From an uncultured Bacilli bacterium (GTDB lineage: Bacteria; Bacillota_I; Bacilli_A; RF39; UBA660): a DNA stretch of 64,000 nucleotides. A model generated the notes under the pieces. It was not told the origin of the DNA, did no database searches, and was given only the letters and a program-made list of their open reading frames with translations. A program made the position numbers and the translations under genes. The stretch lies in contig CAKPFD010000002.1 of the NCBI GenBank assembly GCA_934149515.1, forward strand, positions 5,777 to 69,776, written 5' to 3'. This document shows positions 1 to 9,449 of this stretch, piece after piece. Positions within the stretch are counted from its first letter, which is position 1; each line of letters opens with the position of its first letter.

Positions 1-108
1 GAATTAAAAAGTTTAAAAAAAGAAGCCAAAAAAGTAGCAGAATCAAAAGATATTCGTTTTGTCGCTAAAAGTTTACGAAACGTCTATGAAAGTCTTTTAG
101 AAAAATAA
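1..108 (+). CDS. 3' end of an unidentified upstream gene (partial)
   Basis: Frame open from the window edge, ending ...ESLLEK then TAA at 106-108. No family recognised. Confidence 0.3.
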   Translation, partial: ELKSLKKEAKKVAESKDIRFVAKSLRNVYESLLEK

Positions 109-137
109 TTGCATCCCATTTAAAACCATGTTATAAT
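109..137 (+). promoter_or_regulatory. sigma-A type promoter of the pheST leader
   Basis: TTGCAT 109-114, 17-nt spacer, TG (129-130) extended TATAAT 132-137. Confidence 0.6.
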
Positions 138-144
138 AGGCCTA

Positions 145-362
145 TCAACTGCGATTAGGAAGTAGTAATATACTTTATTTCTAATAGAGAGTCTATGGCT
201 GGTGGAAATAGATAGAAAAAAGATATGAATTCACCCTAGGAGTTCTTATAAAAAATAAGCGTATTTCTTGCGTTAAAAGAATAAAGCGTATAGTAATAAC
301 TATAAATTAAGGTGGTACCACGGATTATCATTCGCCCTTAAGATATAGTTATTTTTTATTGC
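145..362 (+). promoter_or_regulatory. T-box riboswitch leader, Phe specifier
   Basis: Stem I motifs AGAGAG 186-191 and GGTGGAA 201-207. Specifier TTC 230-232 followed by A. Conserved T-box AATTAAGGTGGTACCACGG 305-323. T-run 352-358 just before pheS. Confidence 0.75.
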
Positions 363-386
363 AAACAAAAGAAAGGAAGCCAAAAG

Positions 387-1442
387 ATGACAATTGAACA
401 AATTCAAACTGCATTACAACAAGATATAAAACAAATAACAACGCTAGAAGAATTAAATGATCTAAAAATCAAATACCTTGGAAAGAAAGGACTTATTACC
501 ACCTTAAATCAAGAAATAAAAAACATTCCAGTAGATCAAAAGAAAGCCTTTGGAGCAAAAGTAAATGAACTAAAAAATAGTTTTCAAACCTTCTATGATG
601 AAACAAAAACAACATTAGAAGAAGCAAAACTAAATGAAAAATTAAAACAAGAAGCCATCGACATTACACTACCAGCATATCATCTACCAACAGGGGCACC
701 AAATATTTTAGAAAAACTAATTGAAGAAGTAGAAGAAGTTTGTATGTCTATGGGATATGATGTTGTTGATGGACCTGAAATAGAAGAAGACAAATACAAC
801 TTTGAAATGCTAAATATACCAAAAGGACATCCGGCACGTGATGCCCAAGATACCTTTTATTTACAAAATGATGAAATTCTTTTAAGAAGTCAAACTTCTC
901 CAGTACAAGTAAGAACAATGTTAAAAGGAAAAGGAACAACACCAATTCGTATGATTTGTCCTGGTAAGACGTATCGTCGTGATAATGACGATGCAACACA
1001 TTCTCATCAATTTACCCAAATAGAAGGCCTATTAGTAGATAAAAACATCAGTCTAAGTGATTTAAAAGGAACACTAGACATCATTTGCCGAAAACTATTT
1101 GGAGAAGATGTTCAAACAAGATTCCATCCTAGTTATTATCAATTCACCGAACCATCAGTAGAAGTTGATATTTCTTGCTTTAATTGTAAAGGAACTGGCC
1201 ATAACTGCAACATTTGTAAAAATACAGGTTGGTTAACAGTAGCAGGAGCAGGAATTGTTCATCCAAACGTTTTAAGAATGAGTGGCTATGATCCAAAAGA
1301 GTGGAGTGGCTTTGCCTTCGGTTTTGGAGCAGAACGTCTTGCCATGTTAAAATATAACATCAACGATTGTAGAGTTTTCTATAATACAGATCTAAGAGAA
1401 TCTATCGTATTCGATCGAAAGGAAAGTGAAGCAAATGATTAA
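387..1442 (+). CDS. pheS: phenylalanine--tRNA ligase alpha subunit
   Basis: 351-aa ORF with class II aaRS motifs (LRSQTSPVQVRTM, GFAFGFGAERLAML). Phe T-box upstream, pheT downstream. Confidence 0.95.
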   Translation: MTIEQIQTALQQDIKQITTLEELNDLKIKYLGKKGLITTLNQEIKNIPVDQKKAFGAKVNELKNSFQTFYDETKTTLEEAKLNEKLKQEAIDITLPAYHLPTGAPNILEKLIEEVEEVCMSMGYDVVDGPEIEEDKYNFEMLNIPKGHPARDAQDTFYLQNDEILLRSQTSPVQVRTMLKGKGTTPIRMICPGKTYRRDNDDATHSHQFTQIEGLLVDKNISLSDLKGTLDIICRKLFGEDVQTRFHPSYYQFTEPSVEVDISCFNCKGTGHNCNICKNTGWLTVAGAGIVHPNVLRMSGYDPKEWSGFAFGFGAERLAMLKYNINDCRVFYNTDLRESIVFDRKESEAND

Positions 1443-3807
1443 TTTAGAATGGGTAAAAGAGTATATTGATATCAGCGATCAAGATTTAGTAGAATTAGCC
1501 AAAAAAATAACAAGTTCTGGTATTCATATTGAAAAAGTAATCACCAATCATATCGATCATTTAACGATCGGACAAGTAATAGAATGCATTCCTCACCCAG
1601 ATAGTGATCATTTACATGTTTGTAAAGTAGACATCGGTGAAAAAGAACCACTTCAAATTGTTTGTGGTGCTCCTAATGTTAGAAAGGATTTAAAAGTAAT
1701 CGTTGCCCTAACCGGTGCTATTTTACCAGGTGATTTTGAAATTAAGAAAAATAAAATTCGTGGCGTAGAATCTAATGGAATGCTTTGTGCTTTATATGAA
1801 TTAGGACTAGAAGAAAAAAATGAGCAAACCTATGCCAAAGGAATCGAAGAATTACCACAAGCAGCAAAAGTAGGACAAGATCCAATCGCCTTTTTAGGCC
1901 TAGCGAATACAATGTATGAACTAGATATTCATAAACATCGAAATAATGACTGCTATTATCATATTGGGTTTGCTTATGAAATTGGTGCCATTTTAAATCG
2001 ACCAGTTCACTTACCTGATGTATCATATCAAGAATCAGAAGAAAATATCAAAGATTATCTTCAAGTAGAAGTAAAAACCAAAAAATGCCCATTTTATTTA
2101 GCTAAAATGGTGAAAAATGTTAAGATTGGACCTTCTCCAGACTTTATCAAACAACGTCTTGTAGCAGCTGGTATGCATTCTATTAATAATGTGGTCGATA
2201 TTTCTAATTATGTCATGCTAGAATTTGGACAACCATTGCATTTTTATGATCAACACCAATTAGGTAAAAAAATAGTAGTAGCAGATGCCAAAGACAATGA
2301 AAAAATTACGACATTAGATAAAAAAGAAAGAACACTAACTAAAAATGATATTGTCATTACCGATGGAACAAGATCAGTTGCTATAGCAGGTGTCATGGGA
2401 GCTGAAAATACCGAAGTAGAAGCAACAACAAAAGATATTATCATAGAATCAGCTATTTTCGATCCTGTATCTATTCGTTATACTGCTGCTAATCTAGATT
2501 TAAGAAGTGAAGCTTCTATTCGTTTTGGAAAAGGATTAAGTTATGAATATAGCCAATTAGCATTACAAAGAGCTTGCCATCTATTACAAAAATATGCTTC
2601 CGCTACCATTGTATCCGGTTGCATCACTTATGATACCATCGATAAAACACCTAAAGTGGTAGAATTTACAAGTAAAGATATCGATCAAATATTAGGAATT
2701 ACCATCAGTCAAGAAGATATGAAAAAACAACTACAACGCCTAGATTTTCCTTATGAATTAAAGGATGATACTTTTAAAGTAACCATTCCAATACGCCGTC
2801 TTGATATCGATCCAAATGCCAATGACATTGCCGAAGAAATAGGACGCTTATATGGCTATCAAAATCTTGTATCTACCTTACCATCTGTAAAAATAAAACA
2901 AGGAAAATATGTAGGAGATGTAAAATATAGAAAATTAGTATCTAAAAGATTAAGAAGTCTTGGTTTAAATGAAGCAAGAACTTATACGCTAGTATCAAAA
3001 GAAATGGCAAATCTATTTCAATATGCCAACAAAGAACAAGCCATCTTACCAAACCCAATGAGTATTGATAAGTCCGTTGTCAGAACTACCATCATTCCAT
3101 CATTACTAAATATTTATGCATATAATAAAAAACGAAAAGTAAAAGATATCAGTCTTTACGAAATTGCTAAAACCTATGATAAAGCCTATCAAGAAACAAG
3201 CCTTATCGCCGGTCTATGTGCAGGTGCATATTTAGGAAACAGCTGGCAAAAACCACTTCGTTATGATTTTTACGTTGTCAAAGGAATCGTTGAAAACCTT
3301 CTAGACTATATGGGCTTTAAAAATCGTTATCACTTTGAAGTAGCTGATTGTAAAGATCTACATCCATTTGCTAGTGCTAACATTTTACTAGATCGAAAGA
3401 AAATAGGAATTATCGGTAGAGTTCATCCAAAAATTTGTAAAGAAGAAGTGTATGTCTTTGAATTATCCTTGAATGCCTTGATGACAAATATCAAACCATT
3501 AAAATATAAAGAAGCACCAAAATATCCAGGAATAACAAAAGATATGGCATTCATCGTTTCTAAAGAAGTGAAAGTATCTGAAATCATGGATACCATTAAA
3601 AAAGCTGGAGGAAGATTATTAGACAAAATAGATGTTTTCGATGTTTATCAAGGGGATACAATGGATTCTAATCAGAAATCAATCGCCTTTACATTAGATT
3701 TTAGAAGTGCTGATAGAACTTTAACAGAAGAAGAAGTCATGGAAATATTTAATCACATCATAGAACAAGTAGAAAAAACAAACCATGCTATCTTAAGAGA
3801 CAAATAG
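1435..3807 (+). CDS. pheT: phenylalanine--tRNA ligase beta subunit
   Basis: ORF 1426-3807. ATG 1435 preferred (MINLEWVKEYIDI, RBS AGGAAAG 1419-1425) and it overlaps the pheS stop. Typical PheT length and N-terminal tRNA-binding region. Confidence 0.93.
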   Translation: MINLEWVKEYIDISDQDLVELAKKITSSGIHIEKVITNHIDHLTIGQVIECIPHPDSDHLHVCKVDIGEKEPLQIVCGAPNVRKDLKVIVALTGAILPGDFEIKKNKIRGVESNGMLCALYELGLEEKNEQTYAKGIEELPQAAKVGQDPIAFLGLANTMYELDIHKHRNNDCYYHIGFAYEIGAILNRPVHLPDVSYQESEENIKDYLQVEVKTKKCPFYLAKMVKNVKIGPSPDFIKQRLVAAGMHSINNVVDISNYVMLEFGQPLHFYDQHQLGKKIVVADAKDNEKITTLDKKERTLTKNDIVITDGTRSVAIAGVMGAENTEVEATTKDIIIESAIFDPVSIRYTAANLDLRSEASIRFGKGLSYEYSQLALQRACHLLQKYASATIVSGCITYDTIDKTPKVVEFTSKDIDQILGITISQEDMKKQLQRLDFPYELKDDTFKVTIPIRRLDIDPNANDIAEEIGRLYGYQNLVSTLPSVKIKQGKYVGDVKYRKLVSKRLRSLGLNEARTYTLVSKEMANLFQYANKEQAILPNPMSIDKSVVRTTIIPSLLNIYAYNKKRKVKDISLYEIAKTYDKAYQETSLIAGLCAGAYLGNSWQKPLRYDFYVVKGIVENLLDYMGFKNRYHFEVADCKDLHPFASANILLDRKKIGIIGRVHPKICKEEVYVFELSLNALMTNIKPLKYKEAPKYPGITKDMAFIVSKEVKVSEIMDTIKKAGGRLLDKIDVFDVYQGDTMDSNQKSIAFTLDFRSADRTLTEEEVMEIFNHIIEQVEKTNHAILRDK

Positions 3808-3882
3808 GTAAAAAAAACTTATTTGTTTTTTTGTTTTCATGTTATAATTTAATTATATTTAGAAGAATGGAGGAGAAATATT

Positions 3883-5145
3883 ATGGGATTATTTGATCGT
3901 TTTAGATCTGGTCGAAGAAAAAAAGAACAATCAGACGAAAAAACAATAAAACAAAGTGGAGAAATGACAATTGAAGAATTAAGGCGAATAGAAGACGAAA
4001 AAAACAAAAAGAAGCTTGAAGAAAGTAGAAAAGTAGAGGAAATAACCAAACAAGCTAATAGTGAATTAAGTGATATCATGAATGGTGAAGCAGCTAGAAG
4101 ATTAGCCAGTCATGGTGCATCATTTTTAAATGAAGTCCTTGAGCCTAAAAAAGATCCAGCAGAGGAAGCATTGATAAAACAAAATGTGGAAAATTTAAGG
4201 AGAAGAATAGCTGAAAGTGAAAGACAGAAAGAAGAAAGTAAGAAGTTTTATGAGGAAGCAGCTGCTAAACATGACGATAAAGAAATAGAAAAACCAGTTT
4301 CTGAATCTTCCAAAAAAGAAAAACCAATAGAAAAGAAGATTCCAGAAGTCAAAAAACAAGAAGAAAGGTCAGTAAAAGCTGAAGAGATAAAAAAAGTAGT
4401 TCCTGAACCACCAAAAAAAGAAGAAAAAATAGTAAAAGAAGAAAAAATAGTAAAAGAAGAAAAAATAGTAAAAGAAGAAAAAATAGAAAAAAAGATTCCT
4501 GAAGCTCAAAAACAAGATGTAGCAAAAAATACAAAAGATGAAGAAATAAAAAGAAAAATTTCTGAAGCTCAAAAACAACATTATAATGAGTTAAATGCTA
4601 CCATGAATGCTAATTCATCTAAAAAATCACCAAAACCAACAACAGTATCCATGGCAAGTTTAGATGATTTTTTTGGAGCAGAAAAATTGAGTCAAGAATT
4701 AGCTAATAAAGATTCAAATTATGCCTATGTTACTTACCTTAAACCAGTTTCTAGTACTGAGATGAATCATAAAGGAGAACTAGTGCAATTTAATCGCCCT
4801 TCTTATGAAGGAGAAGTGGACTTAATTTCTGCAACAGAATTAGAAAGATTAAATCAAGACTTTCCTGACAATATAAAAGGCAAGGTTATTAAATACGGTG
4901 ATCTTGAAAATGTACTTAGTTATGTTTTCGATGGCTTAAAAAAAGATTATTCCAAATTAGATGTAAATGATGATAGGTGTAAAGATAAAATGCAATATCT
5001 TGATTCATTTGCTATAGATGGTAAATTAACTGCAGATCATCAAGATGAATCTAGTTTAAGTGATTTAGCCAATAAAGTATTTAATTTCCAAGAATCAGTA
5101 AGAGATTTACAATATAATAAAAATATAGGAACTATAAAAAAATAA
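3883..5145 (+). CDS. hypothetical K/E-rich repeat protein, paralog of 43271-44590
   Basis: 420-aa ORF with RBS GGAGGAG and a TG-extended -10 at 3840-3848. Shares two conserved islands with the 43271 ORF. No known family recognised. Confidence 0.6.
   Translation: MGLFDRFRSGRRKKEQSDEKTIKQSGEMTIEELRRIEDEKNKKKLEESRKVEEITKQANSELSDIMNGEAARRLASHGASFLNEVLEPKKDPAEEALIKQNVENLRRRIAESERQKEESKKFYEEAAAKHDDKEIEKPVSESSKKEKPIEKKIPEVKKQEERSVKAEEIKKVVPEPPKKEEKIVKEEKIVKEEKIVKEEKIEKKIPEAQKQDVAKNTKDEEIKRKISEAQKQHYNELNATMNANSSKKSPKPTTVSMASLDDFFGAEKLSQELANKDSNYAYVTYLKPVSSTEMNHKGELVQFNRPSYEGEVDLISATELERLNQDFPDNIKGKVIKYGDLENVLSYVFDGLKKDYSKLDVNDDRCKDKMQYLDSFAIDGKLTADHQDESSLSDLANKVFNFQESVRDLQYNKNIGTIKK
4417..4488 (+). 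repeat. in-frame 18-bp tandem repeat (KEEKIV x3.9)
   Basis: AAAGAAGAAAAAATAGTA repeated exactly three times, plus a partial fourth unit. Confidence 0.9.
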
Positions 5146-5228
5146 ATCCATAAGATAAGGGCTATGAAACATTAACTTTCAAAGTCCTTTTTGTGTATCG
5201 TTTTACCTATTTGCCCATTTCCAAAATC

Positions 5229-6347
5229 TTAATGATAATACATACTATTTTCTTCCTGCATATTAAAAACTAGTCCAATCAATAGCATATAAGATAATAA
5301 ACTACTACCTCCATAACTGATAAATGGTAAAGTAATACCGGTGATAGGAAGTAATCCAATGGTCATACCAATATTTTGAATTTGTTGAAATAAAAGCATT
5401 CCAACAATACCTGCTAAGACAAATTTATCTGTTAGCTTTATTTTCTTAGTAGCAAGGAAAATAAGATTTCCATCAAAACAACCAATGAGTAGCAATAACA
5501 AAATAGAACCAATAAGACCAAAGTTAGAAGCGAAAACAGCAAAGATAAAATCAGTACCTGATTCTGGGAAATAAATAGGTGTCTGATTATAACCATGCCC
5601 AAACATTCCAGCCGATCCAATAGCAGCTAAAGCATTTTCTAATTGCAAACCGCTACCTTGTTTCCAAGAAAAGACTCGTTCTAATCGATAATAGAACTGA
5701 CTACCAAAAATAGATTGAAAAAGTTTTTCTTGAAAAAAATAACAACCAAGAACAGCACCTAATAAAACTGCTAAAATCAAACATGCAATTGCAAACCATC
5801 GAAGGCGAATACCAACTGCAAATAACATCACAAAATAAATAATAAAATAAATCATAACAGCACCAGTGTCTGGTTCTAAAAAAGTTAAAATAGCTGGAAG
5901 TAATACCACTAAAAAAGTTTTTACCAAAAAGAAAAACTCTTCCTTTACCATTGGAGACTGGGTGTCATTACGAAACTTATTCGCCATAGTGGCAAGTAAT
6001 AAGATCAAACTAACCTTCATAAATTCACTCGGTTGAAAACTACCAATACCAGGAATCACAAACCAGCATTTACTATGATTAATTTCAGGTGCAAATAATA
6101 ATAAACATAATAACAACATATTGCAAACTCCATAAAATAACCAAGCATTTCGATAAAAATAATCATTTTGCAATCGTGCCATAATAAAAATAAAGAAAAA
6201 TCCAACAGCATACCAAATCAACTGTTTCAATACTAAATTACCAAGACTAGAAGATAAATAAGTAGAAGCACTAGAGATGCTGATAACACTAATAATAGCA
6301 AATAAAATCACAAATAATAAAACCATGACATTTTTCTTTTTTTTCAA
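5229..6347 (-). CDS. SEDS family peptidoglycan polymerase (FtsW/RodA/SpoVE)
   Basis: Polytopic membrane ORF ending in the SEDS motif GLLPITGITLPFISYGGSS. The ORF opens at 6365, but TTG 6347 sits 9 nt after GGAGGTG and is the likelier start. Confidence 0.85.
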   Translation of the reverse strand: MKKKKNVMVLLFVILFAIISVISISSASTYLSSSLGNLVLKQLIWYAVGFFFIFIMARLQNDYFYRNAWLFYGVCNMLLLCLLLFAPEINHSKCWFVIPGIGSFQPSEFMKVSLILLLATMANKFRNDTQSPMVKEEFFFLVKTFLVVLLPAILTFLEPDTGAVMIYFIIYFVMLFAVGIRLRWFAIACLILAVLLGAVLGCYFFQEKLFQSIFGSQFYYRLERVFSWKQGSGLQLENALAAIGSAGMFGHGYNQTPIYFPESGTDFIFAVFASNFGLIGSILLLLLIGCFDGNLIFLATKKIKLTDKFVLAGIVGMLLFQQIQNIGMTIGLLPITGITLPFISYGGSSLLSYMLLIGLVFNMQEENSMYYH

Positions 6348-6441
6348 AAAAACGATCACCTCCAAAAGTTCATTACTATTATACCAAATATTAGCAATTT
6401 TTATAAAAAAAATACATAAACTAAATTAGGAAGTGAAAAAA

Positions 6442-6771
6442 ATGACAAAAAGATTACCACCCATTTTTAAAATGGAACACCAAACTTTACAAACCAATAA
6501 TATGAACTATACCTACTTGCAAGAAGAACCCTCAAAAGAAGAAACGTTCATTCCTAAACCCACCAATCAAGAACAAATTAGAACTACCATTGATAAAATT
6601 TTTGCAACAAAAGGGTATGTTTTTAATATTTTAGTAGAAATTACTACCAAAGAAAACAAAGTGACAACCACTCTAGCAACCAAAACGCCTGACGCCCTCA
6701 TTACCATGGATAATAAAATCATACCAATAGATTCCATCATCAATATAAAAATAAAAGATCCCATCAAATAA
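6442..6771 (+). CDS. hypothetical small protein
   Basis: ORF 6433-6771. ATG 6442 follows GGAAGTG. No family recognised. Lies next to the spore-coat genes. Confidence 0.4.
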   Translation: MTKRLPPIFKMEHQTLQTNNMNYTYLQEEPSKEETFIPKPTNQEQIRTTIDKIFATKGYVFNILVEITTKENKVTTTLATKTPDALITMDNKIIPIDSIINIKIKDPIK

Positions 6772-6784
6772 TTGATGGGACTTT

Positions 6785-7195
6785 TTAAACACCACTTACA
6801 TAAGTATCTGCTAAACACTTGATAGATGATACACAATCTAATTGAATGGTAACAAAACGATTAGTACTAACATAAGGCTCTGTAGTAACAGTAGTTGTAT
6901 CAGGATTAGGTGCAAGAATAAGACAAGTTGCACAAGTTTCATCTAGATTACAAATTCTTAAAATACTAGATGTACCCGTTGTTGTACCAAGTGTATAAGG
7001 AAAAGTCCATAAACTACCATTATAACAATTAGAAAGTTGAAAAGGACGAGTATTATAGCAGACAAGATTAGGACTAGGTCCTAAATAGGGTTTATCACAT
7101 CCACTATCATTTTGACAACACCGATTATCTTGTAAACATAAAATTGTATGTAGAATCTCGCTAAGACAATTGGATGTCCCATTTTGATGACACAT
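6785..7195 (-). CDS. CotY/CotZ-family cysteine-rich spore coat/exosporium protein
   Basis: 136 aa, Cys-rich. N-terminal C..EIL..I..LQ, central RICNLDETCATCLIL and C-terminal VTIQLDCVSSIKCL resemble B. subtilis CotZ (FFRVERVHGSCATLSLL, IEVDLDCFCAINCL). Confidence 0.7.
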   Translation of the reverse strand: MCHQNGTSNCLSEILHTILCLQDNRCCQNDSGCDKPYLGPSPNLVCYNTRPFQLSNCYNGSLWTFPYTLGTTTGTSSILRICNLDETCATCLILAPNPDTTTVTTEPYVSTNRFVTIQLDCVSSIKCLADTYVSGV

Positions 7196-7213
7196 AAACG
7201 ATATTCCTCCTTT

Positions 7214-7624
7214 TTATAAATTATCAATAATAATATCAGTAAGACAGCTAACTGCACAAACACAATTTAGATTGATTGTAATATACTGATTGGTTGCTGT
7301 ATACATTCTAGTTGGATCCGCAGCAGCAGAATTATCCGCTAAAATACGACATTTACAACAACAACCATCTACTTGTTCAACCCGAAAAACATTAGAAGTC
7401 ACAGTCTCATCACCACTAGTATATTCAGTTGAAAATAAACTACCAGCACAAGTATAAAATTGAACCGGTCTAGTATTAAACTGACTATTCGTAATACTAC
7501 CTAAAAATGGTCTAGTACAAGATGCATCACTACAGAGATTACCACTAGCATTTCTTTGTAAAATATCAATCACTTTCAACAATTTAGCAAAACAACAATC
7601 ATCACATGATTTCATTTTATCCAC
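7214..7624 (-). CDS. CotY/CotZ-family cysteine-rich spore coat/exosporium protein
   Basis: 136 aa tandem paralog. VFRVEQVDGCCCKCRILA and ITINLNCVCAVSCLTD match CotZ/CotY hallmarks. Confidence 0.75.
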   Translation of the reverse strand: MDKMKSCDDCCFAKLLKVIDILQRNASGNLCSDASCTRPFLGSITNSQFNTRPVQFYTCAGSLFSTEYTSGDETVTSNVFRVEQVDGCCCKCRILADNSAAADPTRMYTATNQYITINLNCVCAVSCLTDIIIDNL

Positions 7625-7775
7625 CTCTTATCTATTATCTACTATAAGGTATTCAAAATACGAAAAAATAGTGTAGTCGATTACCTATATTTCTACTTTA
7701 TGCAACCACAAAGTAAAATTTTACATCTTTTCAACCACTATAAAATCATGTATAATAAAAAAATAAGGAGATTAA

Positions 7776-8087
7776 TTGAATATGGAATATATTATTATTG
7801 TTGTTATCCTGTTGATTATCCTATTAGCAGTATTAAAAGCTAATAAAAAAGATGCAGGATTAGATTTAAATAAACTAGTAGAATATCTAGGCGGAAAAGA
7901 TAATATCATTCAAACAGAAATTAAACTATCTAGATTTATTGTAACCCTAAAAGATGTGACATTAGCAAATAAAGAAGGTATTCAAAAACTAGGAGCCAAA
8001 GGAATCGTCGAAATTGATAATCAATTAAAAATAATCCTAGGACCAGAATCGAAACAATTAAAAAAATATATTGATGAATTAAAATAG
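7776..8087 (+). CDS. membrane-anchored PTS EIIB-like domain protein (degenerate active site)
   Basis: N-terminal TM helix, then LGGKDNI...LSRFIVTLKD...GAKG...Q.KIILG, matching the glucose-family EIIB pattern. The phosphorylatable Cys is missing. Start is TTG 7776 or ATG 7782. Confidence 0.5.
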   Translation: MNMEYIIIVVILLIILLAVLKANKKDAGLDLNKLVEYLGGKDNIIQTEIKLSRFIVTLKDVTLANKEGIQKLGAKGIVEIDNQLKIILGPESKQLKKYIDELK

Positions 8088-8173
8088 CTGCAAAGTTATT
8101 TTTTTCTTTTGCCAAAATTCGACAAAATCTGACAAACCAAAGACATATAATGGCTAATGAAAGAAGGAATTAT

Positions 8174-9430
8174 ATGACATATTTAGACATTATTATCAAT
8201 AACTGCATCTATTTACTATGTCCCATTGCACTTTATTTATTATTCATGATCTATAAAAAGAATCTTGATCAAGAATATAACACGATGGCTTTTGAAATTA
8301 TGCTCATTAGCACCTTATACTTTCTACTACGTTATGGAATGCCTTTGCATCATCGCTATCCAACGATGTTATTTGATGTGCCATTATTGCTTTGTTATTT
8401 AAAAAAGAAAAATGGCTTTTCCATTATTGTTTCCATTATTTTAATATGCTATCAAGCTTTATTCTTGCATATTGCACCTTTATTTTTAATTGTAGAATAC
8501 ATAATCTATTTCTTAGGGTATTTATATGTATCTAAAAAAGTTGTTAACATCATTCAAATGATCAACTATTTTATCGTCTTTAAAAGTTTTAGCTTAGCCG
8601 TTGAAATATTTTTATTTATCAATCCCCTTGGAACTTATCGTGAAAACATAACCTATCTTCTATATCTAACAGTTATTTTTTATTTAGTTGCTAACTTAAT
8701 CTTGTATTTTTTTGCGAAAGGCGAGAAAATTGTCGATTTAAATACCAATCTCTATCAAATTGAAAAAGAAAAAGAATTAAGAACCTCTTTATTTAAAGTA
8801 ACGCATGAAATAAAAAATCCTATCGCTGTTTGCAAAGGATATCTAGATATGCTAGATTTGCATGATCAAAAGAAAGCTTTCAAATATATTCCTATCGTAA
8901 AATCAGAAATAGATAGAACCCTAACTTTAATGGATGATTTTTTAGATTATACCAAAATAAAAATTCAAAAAGAAGAAATTGACTTAGTCATGCTCTTAGA
9001 AGAAATCAAAGAATCACTTGATTCCTTGTTCCGTGATAGAGGAGTAGAAGCACAGTTTGATTTACCAGATGATGAAATTTATATTGAAGCAGATTATAAT
9101 CGGCTAAAACAAGTATTGATTAATCTTTTAAAAAATGCCATTGAATCAAAAGATACTACCAAAGAAAAATCCGTTGTTAAACTACTAATAGAACCAAAGC
9201 AAACGACAATCGATGTCAAGATTATCGATAATGGGGTTGGCATTAGCGAAGAACAACTTCAACATGTTGGTGAAATGTTTTTTACCACCAAGAAAAAAGG
9301 AAGTGGTTTAGGCGTAGCACTATCGAAAGAAATCATTGAATTACATCATGGCAAAATAGAATATACCTCAAAAGAAACAGTTGGAACCACTGTAACGATC
9401 ACTTTACCTTATCAAGAAACTGTGGCATAA
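8174..9430 (+). CDS. orphan sensor histidine kinase (candidate sporulation kinase)
   Basis: Multi-TM N-terminus, H-box THEIKNPIAV, N box LLKNAIES, G boxes DNGVGI and GSGLGV. No adjacent response regulator. ATG 8174 follows GAAGGA. Confidence 0.85.
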   Translation: MTYLDIIINNCIYLLCPIALYLLFMIYKKNLDQEYNTMAFEIMLISTLYFLLRYGMPLHHRYPTMLFDVPLLLCYLKKKNGFSIIVSIILICYQALFLHIAPLFLIVEYIIYFLGYLYVSKKVVNIIQMINYFIVFKSFSLAVEIFLFINPLGTYRENITYLLYLTVIFYLVANLILYFFAKGEKIVDLNTNLYQIEKEKELRTSLFKVTHEIKNPIAVCKGYLDMLDLHDQKKAFKYIPIVKSEIDRTLTLMDDFLDYTKIKIQKEEIDLVMLLEEIKESLDSLFRDRGVEAQFDLPDDEIYIEADYNRLKQVLINLLKNAIESKDTTKEKSVVKLLIEPKQTTIDVKIIDNGVGISEEQLQHVGEMFFTTKKKGSGLGVALSKEIIELHHGKIEYTSKETVGTTVTITLPYQETVA

Positions 9431-9449
9431 TGATAAAGAAGGTGATAAC

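Noticed and set aside
4349-4581. Repetitive minus-strand ORFs, and a possible CRISPR-like periodicity.
   Set aside because: These are the antisense of the K/E-rich coding repeat. The units are contiguous 18-mers without spacers, so this is not a CRISPR array.
7694-7702. Sigma-K-like -10 (CATAAAGTA on the minus strand) upstream of the CotZ-like gene.
   Set aside because: No AC -35 element lies at the required 16-17 nt spacing, and the motif is about 70 nt from the start codon. The evidence is too weak to call.
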